Assembly (NCBI RefSeq): GCF_001675285.1
Contig: NZ_LSGQ01000004.1
Location: 69,839-93,838, forward strand
Direction: 5' to 3'
Source of the DNA: Elizabethkingia miricola
GTDB taxonomy: Bacteria; Bacteroidota; Bacteroidia; Flavobacteriales; Weeksellaceae
DNA: 24,000 bases
In this document: positions 16,546 to 24,000 of the stretch, in pieces
How the letters are laid out: every line of letters starts with the position of its first letter
How positions within the stretch are numbered: position 1 is the stretch's first letter
The notes under the pieces: generated by a model
The model's database searches: none
What the model was told of the DNA's origin: nothing
The model's input: the letters and a program-made list of their open reading frames with translations, nothing else
Program-made: the position numbers and the translations under genes

Positions 16546-18042
16546 TTATTGGTCTACATAATCCTGAAGTCCATCTGTATTCTCTACAGGGTATTTCTCA
16601 GTAAAACATCCGAAACAATGATCGGAGCTTCCTAATATATCTTTCAGATTATCCATACTAAGGAATTCTAAAGAATCTACTCCCAGATAATCTCTCAATT
16701 CGTCTTTAGACATATTAGCTGAAATAAGATCATCTTTTACAGGTGTATCTATTCCAAGGAAACATGGCGCAACAATTGGCGGAGAAACGCTTCTGAAGTG
16801 AATCTCTTTTACTCCGGCATCTTTAAGGATCTTTACCAGGCGCTTGGAAGTTGTTCCTCTTACAATTGAGTCATCTATAATTACAACCCTTTTCCCTTTG
16901 ATTTCAGAGATAATAGGGTTTAATTTTAGATTTACAATTCTCTCACGCATTTCCTGTGTCGGGATAATAAAGGATCTTCCGATGTAGCGGTTTTTAATCA
17001 AAACCGGTCTGAACGGAATACCTGATGCCTTAGAAAATCCGATTGCTGCCGGAACACCAGAGTCTGGTACACCTATTACAAGATCGGCTTCTACAGGTGC
17101 CTGCTCCCATATTTTTTCCCCGGATTTCTCACGAATCTCGTGAACATTAATATTTTCCAGAGTTGTATCAGGACGTGCAAAATAAATATATTCGAATGCA
17201 CAGATTTTGTTTACACAATCATCTTTCACCATGTAAGACTGTAATCCGTCATTTTCTGTAGTGAAGACAACTTCACCAGGCAGAATATCTCTTACATACT
17301 GTGCTCCCATTGCATCCAATGCACAGGTTTCTGATGCTGCTACATAAGTCTGCTCATCTATAGCACCCAATACCAATGGTCTGATACCGTTGAAATCTCT
17401 GAAAGCAAAGAATTTGTTACGGGTCATTCCTACAACAGAATAAGCACCTTCAATACGCTCCATAGTCGCTTTTATAGCGCCACGAAGCCCAAGATCCAGG
17501 TTCTTTTGGATAAGACGAAGAATAACTTCAGAATCGGAGGTTGCTTTGAAAACAACACCTTCTTCTTCCAATTCTTTTTTCAGTATTCTGGCGTTGGTAA
17601 GATTACCGTTGTGTGCAATAGACAGAATAATCTGATCATACTCATTCTTTGCAAAGAATGGCTGATAGTTATATTTCTTTTTATCGCCGGCAGTTGTATA
17701 ACGGGTATGCCCAATAACGGAATTCCCCATATAGGTTTCCGGATTTTCAATACTCTTAAAGACATCCAGTACCAAGCCTTCATCCTTATAAGAATGTATT
17801 CTACCATCCTTCAGCACCGAAATACCACAAGCCTCCTGACCTCTGTGCTGCAGTGCAAATAAACCAAACTGAGAAAGAGAAAAAGTATCTATATCATGAT
17901 AGGAATACATCCCCATAATACCACATTCTTCTGTAGGCTCATCAAGCATAGAATCATCGGACTTTTTCCAGATATTTCTCTGATAAGCTCTCTTTTTAAA
18001 TTGGCTTAAATAATTTTGTTTTTGAAGTTCTAAATCTTTCAT
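16546..18042 (-). CDS. purF: Amidophosphoribosyltransferase (glutamine PRPP amidotransferase), Fe-S type with N-terminal propeptide
   Basis: ORF of 498 aa. It has a CGIMG Ntn-nucleophile motif at residue 40, LQHRGQE, GHTRYxT, HNGNLxN, the PRPP-binding VVIIDDSIVRGTT, and Cys residues positioned like the B. subtilis 4Fe-4S ligands (CAFEYIYFARPD, CFLGIDTP, CFGCF). Confidence 0.93.
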   Translation of the reverse strand: MKDLELQKQNYLSQFKKRAYQRNIWKKSDDSMLDEPTEECGIMGMYSYHDIDTFSLSQFGLFALQHRGQEACGISVLKDGRIHSYKDEGLVLDVFKSIENPETYMGNSVIGHTRYTTAGDKKKYNYQPFFAKNEYDQIILSIAHNGNLTNARILKKELEEEGVVFKATSDSEVILRLIQKNLDLGLRGAIKATMERIEGAYSVVGMTRNKFFAFRDFNGIRPLVLGAIDEQTYVAASETCALDAMGAQYVRDILPGEVVFTTENDGLQSYMVKDDCVNKICAFEYIYFARPDTTLENINVHEIREKSGEKIWEQAPVEADLVIGVPDSGVPAAIGFSKASGIPFRPVLIKNRYIGRSFIIPTQEMRERIVNLKLNPIISEIKGKRVVIIDDSIVRGTTSKRLVKILKDAGVKEIHFRSVSPPIVAPCFLGIDTPVKDDLISANMSKDELRDYLGVDSLEFLSMDNLKDILGSSDHCFGCFTEKYPVENTDGLQDYVDQ

Positions 18043-18081
18043 TTTTAGCAGATCATTTACTGATCAATCAGAGATATTTAA

Positions 18082-18804
18082 TTATTTATTCAAAGCTGTT
18101 TTCAGACGGTTGTAGATTTCTTCGTAAGCTTCGGTAACTTCACCCAAGTCTCTTCTGAAACGGTCTTTATCCAGTTTTTTCATAGTATCTTTATCCCAAA
18201 GTCTGCAAGTATCCGGGCTGATTTCGTCTGCCAAAACAATATTACCATCCATTGTTTTACCTAACTCAATTTTAAAGTCAACAAGGATAATATTCATTTT
18301 GTCAAACAATTCTCCAAGAAGTTCGTTAATCTGTCCTGTAAGAGCATACATTTCTTTCAGCTCGTCATAAGTAGCAGCACCTAAGCAAACAGCATGGTGA
18401 TCATTGATTAACGGATCTCCTAACTCGTCTTTCTTATAACAGATATCGAAGATAGTTACCGGAGATTTCATTCCTTCTTCTAATCCTAAACGCTGTGCCA
18501 TACTACCAGCAACATAATTTCTTACGATTACTTCTAACGGAATAATATCTACTTTCTTAACCAGCTGCTCACGGTCGTTAAGTTTGCTTATGAAATGGGT
18601 TGGAATACCTTTATCATTTAAATATTCGAAGATAAGAGTCGAAATCTCGTTATTCAACTCTCCTTTCTTATCCACCTGACCTTTTTTCTGGTTATTAAAA
18701 GCAGTTGCATCGTCTTTGTAACGTACTACAACTTCTGCAGGGTTTTCAGTTGCAAAAACCTGCTTTGCTTTTCCTTCATAAAGCATTTCTTTCTTCTGAC
18801 TCAT
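18082..18804 (-). CDS. purC: Phosphoribosylaminoimidazole-succinocarboxamide (SAICAR) synthase
   Basis: ORF of 240 aa. Contains LYEGKAKxVF, YKDDATAFN, Gx[25 protein letters not shown] and [11 protein letters not shown] motifs typical of PurC. Confidence 0.93.
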   Translation of the reverse strand: MSQKKEMLYEGKAKQVFATENPAEVVVRYKDDATAFNNQKKGQVDKKGELNNEISTLIFEYLNDKGIPTHFISKLNDREQLVKKVDIIPLEVIVRNYVAGSMAQRLGLEEGMKSPVTIFDICYKKDELGDPLINDHHAVCLGAATYDELKEMYALTGQINELLGELFDKMNIILVDFKIELGKTMDGNIVLADEISPDTCRLWDKDTMKKLDKDRFRRDLGEVTEAYEEIYNRLKTALNK

Positions 18805-18874
18805 AGTTTTTTTCTTTTTTAAGGAATCCGAATAATGCGATTCCCATTTTTAACTTCTTATTAAACTTTATTTT

Positions 18875-19849
18875 TTAAAAACTCATTTTAACACCAATAG
18901 TGTTAATTCCATATGCATTCCCTCCGATAACATCAAGAGAATACTGAGGTTTCCCGTCTTCGCCACTTTTTACTTTCTTAAAGTGTCTGCGGGCAATGGA
19001 CCTTCCGGAAAAGTATCCGATTAAAAGTGCCAGCGGGTAATCTGAAGCCCAATGTACCTCACTCTGCATCATCTGAAAACAAAGACCTCCTATTAGAGTA
19101 TACCCTACTGGTTTTAACCATTTAACATCCGGGTAGTTTGTTGTAATTACTGTAAAACCTGCCATAATCGTAGCTAAATGTCCTGAAGGCATTGCATCGT
19201 AATGAGGGGTATTCTTTCCATAAGCACTAAAACTAGGGAAAGGATTCCACGCACCTCCGGAATTTCCGTTTTCTCTTGCAATAAACGGGCTTTCTCTACC
19301 TGTAGATCTCTTCAGCACCTGAACATAAATTCCGCTTAATGCCAAACTTTCCAATAATCCACTGGCTGTGGCATAAGCACGATAATCATTCTTCATTAAT
19401 CCATAGGTAAGGAAACCTGCTCCCAGTAATAATACCGTTGTCCCGTTACCAATCATATAAAGCCCTGCTCCTACACTTTTCGGAATAGGCCCAAACTTAG
19501 CATACTTATTCTCCGGGCTCATTCCCAGATTATCTGCCAGTTTTCGGCTGCCATCTACAATCTGCTGATCGAAAGGAACCAATAATGCTGTGGCGGCTAC
19601 TGCACCTCCCAGATACCATGCATTCCCATTCTCAATAAAACTACGATTAGTGGTCATAAAATCCTTCGGAAGATTTGTAATTGGTTCATGCCATTTTGGT
19701 CTTGGATATTCTCTAACCTCTCCATTTTTAAGGATTACCTGCTGTACTTTAACTGCCGGCTCCTCTTTCTTTATACTATCCTGCTCTTGTCCATAACACT
19801 GAACTCCCAAAGACATCAACGTACAAACCCCAAATAATTTTATTCTCAT
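18875..19849 (-). CDS. PAP2 (type-2 phosphatidic-acid-phosphatase) superfamily integral membrane protein with N-terminal signal peptide
   Basis: ORF of 324 aa. It has a signal-like N-terminus (…LGVQCYG|QEQ), about 6 hydrophobic helices, and PSGH and HWASD (HxxxD) motifs. The first motif reads KRSTGRESP rather than Kx6RP, and no SR pair precedes the His in motif 3. Confidence 0.6.
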   Translation of the reverse strand: MRIKLFGVCTLMSLGVQCYGQEQDSIKKEEPAVKVQQVILKNGEVREYPRPKWHEPITNLPKDFMTTNRSFIENGNAWYLGGAVAATALLVPFDQQIVDGSRKLADNLGMSPENKYAKFGPIPKSVGAGLYMIGNGTTVLLLGAGFLTYGLMKNDYRAYATASGLLESLALSGIYVQVLKRSTGRESPFIARENGNSGGAWNPFPSFSAYGKNTPHYDAMPSGHLATIMAGFTVITTNYPDVKWLKPVGYTLIGGLCFQMMQSEVHWASDYPLALLIGYFSGRSIARRHFKKVKSGEDGKPQYSLDVIGGNAYGINTIGVKMSF

Positions 19850-19884
19850 ATAATTCTACAGCAACAATAACTTTTTATAGTTTT

Positions 19885-19922
19885 AAAAAGCTCCCTGAAA
19901 TAAAGTTACCATTATTTCAGGG
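19885..19922 (-). terminator. Rho-independent terminator after purL
   Basis: A 10-bp perfect stem CCCTGAAATA / TATTTCAGGG (19893-19902 / 19913-19922) with a 10-nt loop. On the minus strand it is followed by GAGCUUUUUAAAA. It lies 12 nt after the purL stop. Confidence 0.75.
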
Positions 19923-19934
19923 GACTTTTAATAT

Positions 19935-22900
19935 TTAATTTTTAAAATAATCAACTCCGTTTTTAAATACATTGTGGTAATTAGCATCCGGAATATTCTT
20001 CATAAGACCGTTTGCAAAACGTTCTGTATGCCCCATTCTGCCATATATTTTTCCGGACTTACTCGTAATACCTTCAATACCGAAAAGCGAAGCATTCGGA
20101 TTATGTGGCATTCCATAAGCTATATTTCCATCCAGGTCTACGTATTGCGTTGCAATCTGACCATTTTTATAAAGATTCTCTAATTCTGCTTCAGATGCAT
20201 AGAATCTTCCTTCACCATGTGAAATCGGAACAGTAAAAGTCTGGCCTTTCATGCCTTTTAACCAAGGGCTATCATCATTCAATACTTTTACATTAACCAT
20301 CTGGGAAATGTGTCTTCCGATGGCATTAAAAGTTAACGTTGGTGATGTTTCGTCCAAATCTCTGATCTCTCCGTAAGGCAGAAGTCCTGATTTTACCAAA
20401 GCCTGGAAACCATTACAGATTCCCAATACAAGACCATCTCTTTCCAATAATCTATGTACTGCAGATTTTATCTTTTCATTTTTCAGAACGTTTACAATAA
20501 ATTTAGCAGAACCGTCTGGCTCATCACCAGCACTAAAGCCTCCGGCAAAAGTTAAGATCTGAGCAGAATCAATTTCTCTTACCCATGCATCAAGACTTTC
20601 ATTCAGTTTATCATTATTCAGATTAATCAGTGGAATACTGTTTACATCTGCTCCTTCTTTTCTGAAAGCATTTAGTGTTTCATATTCACAGTTTGTTCCC
20701 GGGAATAGTGGAATAAACACTTTTGGTTTTGCAATCTTATGAGAAATAATTTCGATTGATGATTTGTTAATTCCATTCAGACTTTCATCGAAAGTAACAA
20801 CTTCAGCCTTTCTTTCTTCAGTAGGGAAAAGCTTTTTGAAAGTCCCTGTCCATACTTCAAGTAAATTATCAATAGAACACTCTAAACCATTTATATTTAA
20901 AGTGTTTAAAGAATTAACCGCTCCAATTTCTTTAATCAATATATTTTCTATATTTCCTGTAGACTCTATAACAAGGCTTGCCAGATTTTTCTCTAAAAGA
21001 ACTTTATCATCTGCAGAAATTTCAGCACCTAAGTGGTTACCAAAACTCATTTTTGCCAAAGCAATTGCCAGACCTCCATCTTTAATTGTCTTAACAGAAA
21101 CGATATTTCCTTTCTTAATTTCCGCATAAATGAAGTCGTAAACATTCTTTAATTCTTCATAGTTTGGAAGACCATTTTCTAATGGTTTATGCTCATAGAA
21201 ATAAAGTTTATTTCCGGCTTTCTTAAATTCAGGAGAAATAATGTCTTTCTTATTTCCGTTTGCACAAGCAAAAGAAATAAGAGTTGGCGGAACATTCAGA
21301 TCCAGATAAGTTCCGGACATACTGTCTTTACCACCGATCGCAGCTAAACCTAAATTGATCTGGGCATCGTAGGCTCCTAAAAGGGAAGCAAATGGTTTTC
21401 CCCATTTATCTGCTTTATCTCCTAGTTTTTCAAAGTATTCCTGGAAGCTTAATCTAATGTTTTTATAATCACCACCCATTGCTACAATCTTCCCTACAGA
21501 CTCTACAACAGCATAAGCTGCTCCGATAAGGGAGTTCTGTACTGAGGTTTCAGCATCAAAGCCCCATGAAGCTAAAGATACCGTTTCTACATCTCTTGCT
21601 TCCTCAATTGGTAATGTCTGTACACTACCTTCCATTGGAGTTAACTGATGCTTACCTCCCAATGGCATAGCTACAGTAGTACCACCTACCGAAGAGTCAA
21701 ACATCTCCAGTAAGCCTTTTTGTGAAGCTACATTTTTATCTTTTAAAGCTGCTAAGAAGTTTTCTTCATTAAACGCCTGTGTTTTGTTTTCAACTTTTCT
21801 CAGGTGGTTAACCACAATGTTCTGAGATTTCGCACAACCATTGGTATCTAAAAACTCTCTGCTAAGGTCTACAATTTTATCTCCTTTCCAGAAAATCTGC
21901 ATTCTGCCACTATCTGTTACAGTAGCAACGTGTACAGCTTTTATATTCTCCGCTTCACAAAGTCCAATAAATTTATCTTTATCTTCTGGTGAGATAACAA
22001 CTGCCATTCTCTCCTGAGATTCAGAAATTGCTAATTCAGTACCGTTAAGACCGTCATATTTCAATGGTAAAACATCCAGATTTACTTCTAATGAATCTGC
22101 AATCTCTCCAATTGCTACAGAAACACCACCTGCTCCAAAGTCATTTGACTTTTTAATCAGTTTTGTAACTTCTGGTTTTCTGAACAATCTTTGAATTTTA
22201 CGCTCTTCTACAGCATTACCTTTCTGTACTTCAGTACTTAGGGTATGGATACTGGTTTCGTCCTGTTCTTTAGAAGAACCTGTTGCGCCACCAACACCAT
22301 CGCGTCCCGTTGCTCCGCCTAAAATAATAACGAAATCTCCATTCTGAGGTTTCTCACGGCGTACCCAATCTGTAGGAACTGCTCCAACCACAAAACCAAC
22401 TTCCATTCTCTTGGCTTTATAGCCTTCATCGTATATCTCGTTAACCATAGTGGTTGCTAAACCAATCTGATTACCATAAGAAGAATATCCATTTGCTGCC
22501 TGTTTAGAAATAGTCTTTTGAGGAAGCTTCCCCGGAAGCGTTTTCTCTACAGGTTCCAAAACATCGGCTGCACCTGAAAGACGCATTGCCTGGTAAACAA
22601 ATGAACGTCCGGATAAAGGATCACGTATAGCACCACCTAAACAAGTAGATGCACCACCAAATGGTTCGATCTCTGTAGGGTGATTATGTGTTTCGTTTTT
22701 GAATAATAAATACCATGGCTCTTTTTTGCCATCAAATTCTGCTTCAATTTCTATTGTACAGGCATTGATCTCATCAGAGATAACCAGGTTTTCAAGTTTC
22801 CCTGTCTTCTTGAAGTATTTAGCGCAAACCGTTCCCAGATCCATTAAAGAGATTGGCTTATGTTCGCGGTTTAGTTCCTTTCTTTTCGCTAAATAATCAT

Positions 22901-23627
22901 TAAAGATATTCTCTAATGTCTCTTTAAACTCGTCTTCGAACTTAATATCTGTAAGTGCTGTTTCAAAAGTTGTGTGACGACAGTGATCGCTCCAATAGGT
23001 ATCCAGAACTTTCAGCTCAGTTTCTGTTGGATCTCTTTGTTCAGTTTTAAAGTAATTCTGAATAAATTCCAGATCATCTAAACCAAAAGCAAATCCATGT
23101 TCTTTATAGAAAACGGCTAACTGCTCAGCATCAAAACTGATAAACCCATTGTAAACAGGAACCGCTTTTGGCTCAGCCTGTGCAGGAATTTCCAGTTTAG
23201 AAAGATCTTTCTCTCTGGATTCAACTTTATTAATTAAAAGGTCTTTAATCTTAGGCAGGTCTGCTTCAGTAACACCCTCCATCTCAATAATTTTACCACT
23301 TCTTACAGTTGCATTTTCAGCATCCGTAAGGATAGAGATACACTGCTCTGCTGAGTCTGCTCTCTGATCATACTGGCCAGGTAAAAATTCGGTTGCCAGA
23401 AAAATATTCTGTACCGGATTTTCTAAATGAAGAATATCAGTTACCGGATCTACAAACGTACTGTTGGCAACTTTATTCAGGTCTTTTTCTTCCAGTCCGA
23501 AGATGTCATAAACATTGTAGACTTTTACAGATGTTATCTGTGGAAGTATCTCTTTTATTTCGTCAAAGATTTTAGGACTTTCAACATCAAAGATTCCTTT
23601 TTTCTCAACAAAAATTCTGTAATTCAT
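19935..23627 (-). CDS. purL: Phosphoribosylformylglycinamidine (FGAM) synthase, large single-chain form
   Basis: ORF of 1230 aa. It has an N-terminal PurS-like region, a synthetase core (ETHNHPTEIEPFGGA, GGATGRDG, NDFGAGG) and a C-terminal glutaminase domain (GICNGFQAL, HGEGRF). Confidence 0.95.
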   Translation of the reverse strand: MNYRIFVEKKGIFDVESPKIFDEIKEILPQITSVKVYNVYDIFGLEEKDLNKVANSTFVDPVTDILHLENPVQNIFLATEFLPGQYDQRADSAEQCISILTDAENATVRSGKIIEMEGVTEADLPKIKDLLINKVESREKDLSKLEIPAQAEPKAVPVYNGFISFDAEQLAVFYKEHGFAFGLDDLEFIQNYFKTEQRDPTETELKVLDTYWSDHCRHTTFETALTDIKFEDEFKETLENIFNDYLAKRKELNREHKPISLMDLGTVCAKYFKKTGKLENLVISDEINACTIEIEAEFDGKKEPWYLLFKNETHNHPTEIEPFGGASTCLGGAIRDPLSGRSFVYQAMRLSGAADVLEPVEKTLPGKLPQKTISKQAANGYSSYGNQIGLATTMVNEIYDEGYKAKRMEVGFVVGAVPTDWVRREKPQNGDFVIILGGATGRDGVGGATGSSKEQDETSIHTLSTEVQKGNAVEERKIQRLFRKPEVTKLIKKSNDFGAGGVSVAIGEIADSLEVNLDVLPLKYDGLNGTELAISESQERMAVVISPEDKDKFIGLCEAENIKAVHVATVTDSGRMQIFWKGDKIVDLSREFLDTNGCAKSQNIVVNHLRKVENKTQAFNEENFLAALKDKNVASQKGLLEMFDSSVGGTTVAMPLGGKHQLTPMEGSVQTLPIEEARDVETVSLASWGFDAETSVQNSLIGAAYAVVESVGKIVAMGGDYKNIRLSFQEYFEKLGDKADKWGKPFASLLGAYDAQINLGLAAIGGKDSMSGTYLDLNVPPTLISFACANGNKKDIISPEFKKAGNKLYFYEHKPLENGLPNYEELKNVYDFIYAEIKKGNIVSVKTIKDGGLAIALAKMSFGNHLGAEISADDKVLLEKNLASLVIESTGNIENILIKEIGAVNSLNTLNINGLECSIDNLLEVWTGTFKKLFPTEERKAEVVTFDESLNGINKSSIEIISHKIAKPKVFIPLFPGTNCEYETLNAFRKEGADVNSIPLINLNNDKLNESLDAWVREIDSAQILTFAGGFSAGDEPDGSAKFIVNVLKNEKIKSAVHRLLERDGLVLGICNGFQALVKSGLLPYGEIRDLDETSPTLTFNAIGRHISQMVNVKVLNDDSPWLKGMKGQTFTVPISHGEGRFYASEAELENLYKNGQIATQYVDLDGNIAYGMPHNPNASLFGIEGITSKSGKIYGRMGHTERFANGLMKNIPDANYHNVFKNGVDYFKN

Positions 23628-23712
23628 AGTTGTTCATTTTTCACGGGTCTTACTCCGTGTTATAATTAAATTGCTCTTTTAGGAGCTTGTCACTTTTTAA
23701 TATTATATAAAC

Positions 23713-23743
23713 AAAAAATTGCAGCACAGTGCCGCAATTTTAT
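23713..23743 (-). terminator. Rho-independent terminator after purB
   Basis: Minus-strand RNA reads UUGCGGCA-CUG-UGCUGCAA (8 bp including one G-U) followed by UUUUUUGUUU. It starts 6 nt after the purB stop. Confidence 0.7.
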
Positions 23744-24000
23744 TTAAACTTTAAGTTCAGCTTCTAAACCGATAAGGTCGGAGTATTTATCCAGGATAGG
23801 CTGTGCTTCGTTCTGGATGAATTCAGAAGTCTGGATCGGAGCAAATCCGATGAAATTCTTCGGATCTAACACTTCCGCCAGTTTTGACTTATCAAGCCTT
23901 AATCTGTCGTCGTTCATTATCCTTTCTATCAGATCATTTTCCTTACCTTCCATCTTCACTTTCTTGGAGGCTTCCATGGAATGCTGACGGATAATCTCGT
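23744..24000 (-). CDS. purB: Adenylosuccinate lyase, C-terminal ~85 codons (5' part beyond the window)
   Basis: The reading frame stays open to the window edge (…EIIRQHSMEASKKVKMEGKENDLIERIMNDDRLRLDKSKLAEVLDPKNFIGFAPIQT…). This resembles the ADSL C-terminal domain (compare the B. subtilis PurB tail …AMEAWEK…). The pur context supports the call. Confidence 0.75.
   Translation of the reverse strand, partial: EIIRQHSMEASKKVKMEGKENDLIERIMNDDRLRLDKSKLAEVLDPKNFIGFAPIQTSEFIQNEAQPILDKYSDLIGLEAELKV

Noticed and set aside
17506-17862. A 118-aa plus-strand ORF and a 75-aa alternative-frame minus-strand ORF (17580-17807) inside purF.
   Set aside because: Both overlap the conserved glutaminase/PRT core of PurF and have no family-like sequence. 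These are frame artefacts.
18875-18900. The PAP2 protein C-terminus (…IGVKMSF) resembles an outer-membrane beta-barrel C-terminal signal, with alternating hydrophobics and a terminal Phe.
   Set aside because: The rest of the protein is predicted to be alpha-helical and polytopic (about 6 long hydrophobic helices), which is incompatible with a beta-barrel. The resemblance is likely coincidental.

Overview
This window reads as ordinary chromosomal DNA from an AT-rich Bacteroidota genome. Flavobacteriales, Chryseobacterium/Weeksellaceae-like, is my inference from protein sequences, SusC/SusD genes, A-rich start contexts and TAnnTTTG boxes. There are 18 protein-coding genes, 17 of them on the minus strand. 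A de novo purine biosynthesis supercluster is present: purB (3' end), purL, a PAP2-family membrane protein, purC and purF on one side, and purM, purN, purH and purD (5' end) on the other. purE/purK are not in the window. About 12.5 kb of unrelated DNA splits the cluster. That DNA holds (i) a compact polysaccharide-utilization locus (susC-like, susD-like, susE-like, a GH63/trehalase-like (alpha/alpha)6 hydrolase and a GH97 alpha-glucosidase), (ii) a divergently oriented DUF3667-type zinc-ribbon membrane protein, and (iii) a pirin plus NAD(P)H-dependent FMN reductase pair. Clear rho-independent terminators divide the minus strand into transcription units. I found no rRNA, tRNA, CRISPR array, transposase or integrase, recognisable defence or toxin system, or pseudogene, so I do not claim a novel multi-gene system. 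The observations most worth follow-up are non-coding or contextual:
- a LacI/PurR-type palindrome (CGCAAACGTTTTCG) between the purF terminator and susC;
- repeat- and hairpin-dense spacers inside the purM-purN-purH operon;
- a regulator-less, GH13-less alpha-glucoside PUL wedged inside the pur cluster;
- a PAP2-family gene with non-canonical motifs embedded in a pur transcription unit.
All family calls come from reading motifs by eye; no database search was possible.
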